A DNA stretch of 43,447 nucleotides from Ascoidea asiatica JCM 7603 (Eukaryota > Fungi > Ascomycota), in assembly GCA_001600695.1 (NCBI GenBank), contig BCKQ01000019.1, positions 1,111 through 44,557 of the forward strand, read 5' to 3'. The notes below the pieces were generated by a model. That model worked only from the letters and a program-made list of their open reading frames with translations, was not told the DNA's origin and searched no databases. This document shows, piece after piece, positions 33,982 through 43,447 of this stretch. Both the position numbers and the translations under genes were made by a program. Position 1 is the first letter of the stretch; the number at the start of each line of letters is the position of its first letter.

Positions 33982-34745
33982 TTAAAAAAATTTAATATCT
34001 GTTAATAATTCATCTCCTGTATATTTAACTTCACTTTCAAATTTATCAATTTTAAATTTAAAATTTGAAATTGTTTTAACTTTTAATTCTCCATTTATTG
34101 CTTTTCTTAAAATATTTTTTGCAATACCTTTATTAATAATTATTGGAATTTTTGGTGTAATATAAATTCCACTTTTTATATTCAATTTTATATCTTTATT
34201 TTTAATTTCACCTAATTCTATATCTTTATAAATTCCTTTAGCATTATGTAAAATAATTTCTAAATCTTTATTAATTATTGGATTATAAATTTTACATTCA
34301 ATTTCTGATGTAAATATATATATAGTTACACCTAATATAAATCCATTATCATTATTACTTACCAAATTTGAATTTGAATTTGAATTTGAATTTGATAATG
34401 ATAATAATGATGGATTCATTAATGGATTATTTAAATTTGGTATAGTTAAATTAAATTCAATATTATTTAATAATTTATTTAAATTTTCATTATTAAAATT
34501 ATAAATCTCTTTACCTTGTATTGTAATTATTTCACTTTCATTTTTGGAAATAAATTTACTTAAAAATTCTTCAATCAAATAATCTTTTTCATCATTGTTA
34601 TCAGAAATTGAAGTTGAATTAATTTCAAAATAAAATGAAAATTTGGAAAATTGATTATTATTTAAAATATTAATCTCATTAAAATAAATTTCTCCAATTT
34701 TAAAATTTAAATATTTATAAATAATTTTCAAGAAAAAATCATTAC

Positions 34746-34787
<42 letters not shown>

Positions 34788-37227
34788 CATTATTTGGTAA
34801 TTTAAAATTTATTGATTGATTATATGGATTTAAAATTGTTGTATGAATTAAAAATTTTAAATATTTATTCTCATTGGATTTAATAAATTCAATTTCATTT
34901 AAAATTATTGAAAAATTTGAAATTATTTCATCTATTGGATTTATTTTTTTATTCTTTAATTTTTTAATCTCTTCTTCATTTAATTTTAATTTTAATTCAT
35001 TTGAAAATATTGGAATATTATAATCAAATGAAATTGGTAAATTTTTTAAAATTTCATACTCCTTTTCTTCCTTTTCTTCCTTTTCTTCTTTTTCATTAAT
35101 ATTATTCATTAATGATGGTAATGAAATTTTTGTATCAAAAAATGTATCAATATTTACAGGATAATTTGCAATAATATTTGGAATATTTTCATTAAATATA
35201 AATATTTTAATTAAATCACTTAAACTATCTGAATTAAAAATTTCAATTTCAACATCTTTTAAATAAATTTTAAATATTTTTTCTAAAGGTTTTAAATCTA
35301 AAAAATTTTTATTATCTATATTATTAATTTCATTTAAAATTAAAGAATTTTGCCAATTTTTTGTTTCTAAATGAATCATTATATTATTATCTTTTAAAGA
35401 AAATAAATTAAAATTATTAAATTTAAAACCAAGAATATTAAAATTTAAATTTTTTATTGAATTTGGAATTTCTAAAGTTATATATAAAATTGAATCAAAA
35501 TAAATAAAATTTGTTTTATTTTCATTAAAATTTATTGATAAATTCTCAATATCTATTTTTTTAATTAATGAATTTTGATTAAAACTTAATTCATTTAAAT
35601 TTGAATGATTTATAGGTGGTATAATTAAATCTATAATTGGATAATCAATTTCTAAAGGTATAGTAAGTTCATTTAAAATTTCATTTAACCAAATTGGGAT
35701 ATCATTATCAATATTATTATTAAAATTATTAGAATTTAAATATAAAATGAATTTTTTCTTATCTAAAATATCAATTAATAAAGTATTTAAATCTTTTGAA
35801 AATTGATTGATTTTTGAAGTTGAGTTTAAAAAAATATTTAAATTTGAACTATTGAATTCAATTTGATTTAAATTTAATTCTAATAATTCATATAGTTCAT
35901 TTGATCCAGAATCTTTAAAAAGAGTTGAAATAATCCAAGAATTATTAAAAATATTAAAATCAATTAAACTAAAATTATAAATGAAATTTTGATTATTTGA
36001 ATTGGAAATTGAATTTGAGATTGAAGAATAAGGTAATGATAAATTTAAATTGAAAGAATTATTTTCAAGAAAAATAGAATTCTGATAATCTATAATAATT
36101 GAATTATCATTTGAATTACTATTATTATTATTATTATCAAATATATTTAAAAAAGAAGTAGAATTTTGATTTTGATTTTTATCTAAATTTAAATCATTTA
36201 AAAATTGATTGAATATAAGAGCAGAATATTTTTTAATTATATTATTTGAATTTTTTAAATCTAAATTATAATTATAATTTAAATTAATTGGTAAATTAAA
36301 AGTGAAAATTTTATAAATAATTATACAATTACCTAATAAATTGAAATTTAATGGAATTTCATTAATTTGAGGTTTTGATTGAGATAAATTATATAAAAAG
36401 TTAAAAAAATTAATTGAATCATTTTGATTAATTAAAATATTTGAATCAATATTAATTATTGAAGATTTATTATAATTTAAATTAATTTTATAATTATTTT
36501 TATCATTGAATGAAATATCTGCAATATTATAAATTAAATTTTGGTGATTTTGAAATTGATTTTGAAATTGAGATAAATTTTTTAAAGAGATTGAAATTTT
36601 GTAAATACCAATTGGTATAATATTAAAAGATATAATTAAAAAAGATAGAAATTTATAATAAATTTTATTAACTAAGATTTTTAAATTTAAAATTATATTT
36701 AAATTCAAAAATAAATTATTTAAATTATAATCAATTATATTGTAATGAATTAAATTTAAATTATAATTATTAATTAAATCATTTTTTATATTTAATATAA
36801 TTTTTTCTTTAAATTTTAAAAAACTTATAAAGAATAAAATAAAAATTAAAATAATGATTAATAATATTATTAAAAGACAAGGTGAGAATATATAAGATAT
36901 TGGATATAATTTCTTTTTCTTTTTTCTAATAATTATTGGATCTGGAATTATGTTTTGAATTATATCTTGATTTACATCTTGATTTACATCTTGATTTATA
37001 TCTTGATTTATATCTTGATTTTCTAGATCTGAAGTTAATAATAATGGGGTTTCTTCATTTATATCATTTAAATCAGTAAATTGATTTATATCTGTTGAAT
37101 TAGAGACTTCATTTGAAGTAATATTATTGGATTGATCAATAACATTTGGCTTATTTGATTCAATTAAATGATTTGATTCATCTGATGGAAGAGGATGATT
37201 TACTTGAATTAAAGGATCTGAACTCAT
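33982..37227 (-). CDS. Large single-pass type II membrane protein, probably vacuolar Tag1/YLR173W-like
   Basis: 1081-aa ORF with an N-terminal acidic dileucine EETPLL, one TM after a basic stretch, and a long beta-rich luminal part with NP motifs. The family call is from memory of the architecture, not from a search. Confidence 0.65.
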
Positions 37228-37839
37228 TTCCAGGAGTATTTGATTTAAAGATGAACAGCAATAGAAGGAATAAAAGCAATACCAGATTGAATTGTAGTAT
37301 ATTCTTTAAAATGAAATGTTGTTGGAACTAGAAAGTCCTTTGAATTGATTAACTTCTTTTAATTGTTGTTCTTCTTCTACTTCTTCTGCAATGATTCCTT
37401 TATTTGACCTTTATTTATTTATTTATTTATTTGATTGTTCTTTGAATTGTTTATAAAAGTTGGAAACTGAGCCGAGACTCCTGACCCGCAGAACTGGTCT
37501 CAGTCTAATATACGCACGAGAATGTAGACCAAGGTGCTGTTGTGCATTTAGACACGGTCTGCATATACAAACGTCTATATGCATATCCGCACCCGACCAA
37601 GGAATCTAGTATCCGGTTACGGCTCAAATCCATAGCAGGATCTCAATTTCCGATATATTTCCTTGCCGGAAGGCTATCCACAGAACTGGTCTCTGTTTTG
37701 TCTGTTTTTTTATTGTCTTTTCCTTCTTTTTAGCTTTATTTCTGATATTTCTTTCTCTTCTTCTTTTATATTTATTTCATTTCTTTATTTCAATAATCAT
37801 TTTATTTATTATCTAAATCCTCGATAATCCAATTATAAA

Positions 37840-39174
37840 ATGGTTTCTATTAATGATTTTATTCTTCCTCCCATTCATGCATCTTCAATATCTAAATCTA
37901 GTTTCAAAAATTCAAATAATAATAATAATGATAATAATAATAAATCTACAAATTTTGATATAATTTTATTTGAATTACTAAAAGAATATGATCCTCCATA
38001 TATGCCAGTAATAGATATATCTAAACTTCCAAATAATTCCATTAATATAAGCAATAATAAAAATAATAATACAAATAACATAAATAATAGTGTAAACAAT
38101 GAATCTTTAGTACAATATGAAAATAATGAAAATAATGAAAATCAAGTAATTAAATTATCTAAAAAAGAATTAAAATTTCAAAAAACTCAATATTTAGAAA
38201 AAACTGAAAATGATTTAAATTTGATAATTAAGAAAAAATTAAATCTTAAAAATCCAAATTATATAAATAAAAATGATAAAAATCATACTTTTATTAAATA
38301 TACTCCAACTTCAATATTCAATAATAACAATAATAATAATAAAAATAATACTAGAATAATAAAAATAATGGAAAAAGAAATTGATCCTTTATTACCTCCA
38401 AAATGGAAAAATAATCAAAAAACTCCTGCTTTACATCAAACTGAAATTATTCCAATCTTACATTCATCAACTTCATCTAAATTATCAAATACAACTAATG
38501 ATAATGAAACTTTTAATATTCCAAAAGCAATTTCAAATTGGAAAAATCCACAAGGTTTTACCATAGCTATTGAAAATAGATTAAAGTCTTTAAAAAATAA
38601 TAATAATTCAATCTCAAATGATTTAAATGATTTAAATTCAAATCAAATTATTGATAATCATATAAATTTAGCAAATTCTTTAGATCAAAATTTAATAAAA
38701 ATGAAAAATCAATTATTAATTAAAAAAAATTTAATTAAAAATGAAAATTTAAATGAAAATATTAAAAAAAATGAATTTTTAAAAAATTTAGTTATTAAAA
38801 AAAGATTAAATGATTCTTCAGATTTAAATATAAATGAATCAAGAAGAGAAATTTTAAGAAATAAAAGATTAAATTATTCCTTATCTAAAAAAAGAAAATT
38901 AAATAATAATGAAAGTGATAATGATAATGATAGAGATATTTCAGAAAAAATAGCTTTAGGTATAAATTCAAATTCAAATTCAAATAATAATGATAATAAT
39001 GATAATAATGATATACTTGATTCAGTACATAATGATCTTATATTCGATACTAGAATTATGAATATGCCTAAAAATTCTTCTTTAAATCAACTTTATGATA
39101 CTCCTTTATTTCAAACTCAACAAGGTATAAAAAGTATCTATAGACCAAAAAATATGTCTAAAAATCATAATTTC

Positions 39175-39222
<48 letters not shown>

Positions 39223-39285
39223 TATATTAGTGATAATGAAATTGAAACTGAATCTGGTCCAATTCAATTCACTGAAGCTGAATAA
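37840..39285 (+). CDS. PRP45: SNW/SKIP-domain splicing factor Prp45
   Basis: IKYTP, RIIKI...DPLLPPK, PILHS, IPKAISNWKNPQGFTIAIENRL (SNW motif), RDISEKIALG, LYDTPLF, GPIQF. Confidence 0.93.
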
Positions 39286-39430
39286 ATATACATCTTTATT
39301 TTTTCTTCAATCTTTTTTTAATGTAATTTTCTATTGTATTCTTTATAATATATAATTTCTAATATAAACTTTTTAAACTTTTTAAATATCTAATAAAAAA
39401 TACCCAAATACCCAAATTTTCAATTTCAAT

Positions 39431-40252
39431 TCACAAATGACCTTGTTCATTTTTAAATAATTTTTGTCTTGATTTAACATCTTCATCAGATCCTGCTTCA
39501 AAACCATTATGAAAATTCCAATTCATTTCTTCTCCATCTTTTAAAAAATTTGTATTACCATTCATTTTAATTTCCCATTTATTTTCTTTAAAATTAAAAT
39601 CATATTTATCAACAGAACATGATCCTGATCTAATAACTTCTTTTTTATCTTCATCATTATTTAAATAATCTTTAACTGATTTGTAATTCATTAATGACAT
39701 ACCTAAAGCAATTTTTGTTGCTGCATGAGTAATAATAATTATTGAATTTATATTTGAATATCTTTTATTAATTTCATTGAAAAAAATATCCCAAAATTTT
39801 AAACATCTTTCAAATATATCATTTTCATCTTCACCTAAATTTGATGGTGATAATAATGAATCTTCTGGCCAATCATTATTTGTAGTTTTTTCTAAAATTG
39901 GAAAAAATTTCTCCAATTGATTTTTACTTGGTGCAATTGGTATAATTGGTCTTGTTTTTTTATACCATTCTCCAACACCTTTTTCTAGTATAATTTTAAG
40001 ATTTAATTTCTCTGCCAATGGTTTTGAAGTTTGAATACATCTAAAAAATGGTGAAGTAAATAATAACTCTGGCTTTGGATTGATTTCATTATCATTTGAA
40101 TAAAAATAATTTCCTAATTCTTCTGCTTGTTCTAAACCATGTTGTGATAAAGGATTATCTGAATTTACTCCAGTTGGAGGTTCTGGATGTGGTGGTGGTA
40201 ACCAGTTGGATCTATAACCATGTCTTGCTATATATATTGTTGATAATGTCAT
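39431..40252 (-). CDS. Histidine phosphatase/PGM-like protein (tau55/Tfc7 N-terminal domain, YNL108C-like)
   Basis: IYIARHGYRSNWL, SPFFRCIQT, GVGEWY, THAATKIALG, GEEMNWNF..FEAGSDED. No C-terminal TFIIIC domain is visible. Confidence 0.88.
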   Translation of the reverse strand: MTLSTIYIARHGYRSNWLPPPHPEPPTGVNSDNPLSQHGLEQAEELGNYFYSNDNEINPKPELLFTSPFFRCIQTSKPLAEKLNLKIILEKGVGEWYKKTRPIIPIAPSKNQLEKFFPILEKTTNNDWPEDSLLSPSNLGEDENDIFERCLKFWDIFFNEINKRYSNINSIIIITHAATKIALGMSLMNYKSVKDYLNNDEDKKEVIRSGSCSVDKYDFNFKENKWEIKMNGNTNFLKDGEEMNWNFHNGFEAGSDEDVKSRQKLFKNEQGHL

Positions 40253-40725
40253 ATTTAATATATTTTATATCTTTAGTGTCTTTAATGTCTTTAATGTCTT
40301 TGATCTTTTTAATAATCTCAATATTCAAATAATAAACAGTGCAAATACGTAAATAAAGTGCAAATTAATTATAAAAAAAAAAGAAAGAAAAGGAAATCTA
40401 ATCAAATTGAGTAAGTGAATGAATAAAAATGAATGTTTTTGTCTATTATTTGAAGAGTTGAAATAAAATATTAGGTTATTGAATAAATAGTAAACAGTAA
40501 ATAGTAAATGAATAATATTGTTTTATTTATCTTCTTTATCTTTATTCAGATTTAATCTTTAATCAGTTGATGGTTTAAAGCTGATTTCTGCAGTGAAAAA
40601 GACATTTTTTCACTATTTTTACTTTTTCATATTTACTTTTTTTGATTCAGCCTTTTATGAGAATGAAATATTAAAACAAGTGAAACATAAGTGAATTTAT
40701 CAGTTTCCTGTCAGAAATATTAAAT

Positions 40726-40782
40726 ATATTTATTTATTTATTTACTTATTTATTTATTTATTTATTTATTTGTTTATTTATT
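40726..40782. repeat. (TTTA)n microsatellite
   Basis: Imperfect run of ~13 units. Confidence 0.8.
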
Positions 40783-40978
40783 CATCCATGTTTATATTAT
40801 AATGTTAATGATTACATTTATTAATACGGTGTTGGGAGTAGTTGTGATACTTCCATTACTTGGGGTATAAAATGAGATTATTCAAATCAATTTTACAACA
40901 TTTCTCATATATAAAGCTATTTATAAAGAATGAACTATTTAGAATTAGAATGAAAAGAATCTAAAGTTACATAAAAAA

Positions 40979-42364
40979 CTATAAACTACAGAAAACATAA
41001 TCATCTTTCAAATCACCAAAATTTATAATATCATGATTTTTCAATTCAACATATCTTGAAGATGGTATTGGTTCATCATTTAAAAAAGTATTATTAGTTG
41101 AATCCAAATCAATTAAATATGGTTTCAATTCATATTTTTTATTAGAGTTTTGATTAATATCTTTTAAAATACCAAATTCATCTTTATTTGAATTTGAATT
41201 TGAATTTGAATTTGAATTTGAATTTGAATTTGAATTTGAATTTATTTTTAATTTTTTTTGAAATTGTATAACTGCATGTTCTTTTGAACATGATGAATGA
41301 TTTAATAGATAATCCACATTTTCTTTTTTTCTACCAAATGAATAAAATGTTTTACCTGGAATTGCAGTTAAATTTATCTTTTTATAAGGTTCATTTTTGT
41401 TATTATTATCATTACTATTATCACCATCATCATTATCATTTTTAAAAACAAAAAGATAACAAATTGTATCTTCAGAAGGTGCACAAGCATTAGAAGGCTC
41501 ATAATATTTAAAAGTTCTTATTATCTTTTTATCATTTTTATGAATTGAAGTTTCTAATAATCCAGAACTTTGAAAATTTGGTTTCTCTTTTTGATTTATT
41601 TTTTCATTATTCTCGTTTTGATTCTCATTTTCTTCAAAAGGTGACCTCTCACTGGTCTCATTTTTATTCTTAAATCGAAGTTTACCACCAGTTTTATTGA
41701 AATTTGAATTGGATAATCTTCTTCTAGATCTATTGATATTTCTTTCTCTTGAATTGGATCTAGACCTGGACCTGGACCTGGATCTTGATATTGATTTGGA
41801 TATTGATCTTGATCGTGATAGTGATCGTGAGTGTGATCTTGAATTATGTCCGGAATAGTAATTGTCTCGCCTTCTATTATTATATCTATATCTATCTTCT
41901 TGATATCTATCATCTCGATATCTATTATCTCGATATCTATCATTTTCTCTGTATCTACTATTATCTCGATATCTACTGTTATCCCTATATCGACTATTAT
42001 CTCTATATCTAAATTCATTTGAAACTGGCTCTCTTGATCTGTCTATTGATCTATTTCTTATTCTATTTTCTCGATTTGAACTATCTCTTTCAGGTCTCTG
42101 ACCCACTGGTCTTCTTCTTGATCCTGATCTTGAATTTGATCTTGATCTTGACCTTGAAATCGGTCTTCGTCTTCTTCTTGATCTCGATCTCGATCTCGAC
42201 ACTGATCTTGGTCTTGATCTTGGTCTTGATCTTGATCTTTCTCTATTGAATCTTTCCTGATTGCCTGGATATCGTTCATCTCGACCTCTTTGGAATTCTC
42301 TGGAGTCTCTATAATCTCGTGGCTCTCTTGAGTCCTCTGCATCTCTTGAATTTGAATCATCCAT
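40979..42364 (-). CDS. PML1: FHA-domain RES-complex subunit Pml1/SNIP1 with long RS/RD-rich N-terminus
   Basis: KPNFQSSGLL, KYYEP, YSFGR, HSSCSKEHAVIQF, KPYLIDLDSTNNTFLN, RYVELK..DIINFG. Confidence 0.88.
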   Translation of the reverse strand: MDDSNSRDAEDSREPRDYRDSREFQRGRDERYPGNQERFNRERSRSRPRSRPRSVSRSRSRSRRRRRPISRSRSRSNSRSGSRRRPVGQRPERDSSNRENRIRNRSIDRSREPVSNEFRYRDNSRYRDNSRYRDNSRYRENDRYRDNRYRDDRYQEDRYRYNNRRRDNYYSGHNSRSHSRSLSRSRSISKSISRSRSRSRSRSNSRERNINRSRRRLSNSNFNKTGGKLRFKNKNETSERSPFEENENQNENNEKINQKEKPNFQSSGLLETSIHKNDKKIIRTFKYYEPSNACAPSEDTICYLFVFKNDNDDGDNSNDNNNKNEPYKKINLTAIPGKTFYSFGRKKENVDYLLNHSSCSKEHAVIQFQKKLKINSNSNSNSNSNSNSNSNSNKDEFGILKDINQNSNKKYELKPYLIDLDSTNNTFLNDEPIPSSRYVELKNHDIINFGDLKDDYVFCSL

Positions 42365-42955
42365 CCTACTTACTTACAATATCCCCAACAACTTCTGCTT
42401 ATAATAATAATATTCTTCTTCTTCTCTTCTTCTTCTTCTTCTTCTTCTTCTTCTTTTTCTTGTCGTTGCTAAAATAAATTTCTTTTCGTTTTCTGTTTTT
42501 TTCATTTGTTTCTGTGCGGTTGAAACCAGAGCTGTGGATCGAATCCGCCATCACTGTTAACGTTATCTGCCGTATGAAATACTGTTTTTATTCAAATACA
42601 AAAGAATCACTGTAAAGCTTTTTAAGTCTAGAAATCATGAATTAACATTAAAAACATTATATAAATATATAAAAAAATGTAAAAATCATAAGCTATCTGA
42701 TAAAGATATAAATAAATAAATCATAATTATGGTTATAATATGACAAATGATAAAGTGCAACATAAAATCTTGTCTAAAATGAGTTTTATAAAGAACCATG
42801 AAATGTAAATTTTTAATATGAATGAATGTAATAAAAATAACAAAAAAAAATCAGAGAAATATAATAAGGAGAATAAGATAATAAAAAAGATTTGTCTCTA
42901 TAACAATGAAAAGAAAAGTAAATTCAAAAGTACTTAATGAAAATGATTATTAAAA

Positions 42956-43447
42956 TTAAACTTCTTCTTCATGAGAAATACTTGATTTTAAATTAACTTT
43001 TTCAGTTTTAATTTTTTCAACAATTTCATTAACTTTATCTTCACCATCAAAATATTTTGCAATTTCTTCTAATGGAGTATTACTTGTTTCAACAAATAAG
43101 AAATAGATAACAACAACTTCAAAAGCTAAGAAACAACAATAAAATATATAATATTTCCAATGAATTGCATCTAAAGCAATTGGATTAACATATTGATTAA
43201 AAAATAATGCAATATCTATACATAATGTTAAAATTGTTGTACCTCTTGCTCTTAATCTAAATGGTAAAATTTCCATTGGATATGAAATTAATAATCCTTG
43301 CCATGCAACATTATAAAAAAAATAATAAATGTAAATTAATACAACAACTCCATATCCAAATCCTTTATCTCCAGTGATTGTATATCTTGCTGATAATGCT
43401 GTCCAAACTGTATAAACACAAAGCATTCCAATTGTTGAAGTTAAAAA
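42956..43447 (-). CDS. MFS sugar porter, LAC12/cellodextrin-transporter-like; 5' end beyond window
   Basis: SYPMEILPFRLRARG, NQYVNPIAL..IHWKYYI, FVETSNTPLEEIAKYFDG. The frame stays open to the window edge. Confidence 0.9.
   Translation of the reverse strand, partial: FLTSTIGMLCVYTVWTALSARYTITGDKGFGYGVVVLIYIYYFFYNVAWQGLLISYPMEILPFRLRARGTTILTLCIDIALFFNQYVNPIALDAIHWKYYIFYCCFLAFEVVVIYFLFVETSNTPLEEIAKYFDGEDKVNEIVEKIKTEKVNLKSSISHEEEV

Noticed and set aside
41596-42360. DQDQ/IDIEI/ILILI overlapping ORFs
   Set aside because: Alternative frames of the RS-repeat DNA of PML1.

Overview
Very AT-rich budding-yeast (Saccharomycotina-type) genomic DNA in two halves. Bases 1 to ~17.8 kb contain no host genes and form a cluster of Ty1/copia (Pseudoviridae) retrotransposon material. 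It includes a ~600-bp inverted repeat (236-841 / 2512-3118, probably LTR-derived) around a ~1.67-kb unique spacer, a decayed compact copia pol (~3.67-6.75 kb), and a decayed ~10.8-kb copia element (6968-17761). The large element has an unusual layout: a 1.7-kb leader with a repeat array, an extra CCHC zinc-knuckle ORF ahead of a second Gag-sized ORF, and a candidate non-canonical +1 frameshift (GTG-CGG-C) into pol. The overall architecture makes this half a candidate regional centromere or pericentromere (inference only). Bases ~18.9-43.4 kb hold apparently intronless housekeeping genes: MDH1, YKE4-like ZIP transporter, HNM1-like permease, RTC5, an enoyl-reductase-like MDR, MYG1, PET100, CAB5, an orphan ORF, a TAG1-like membrane protein, PRP45, a tau55/YNL108C-like histidine phosphatase, PML1/SNIP1 and a truncated LAC12/CDT-like sugar porter. 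All identities and alignments were estimated by eye; no searches were run.
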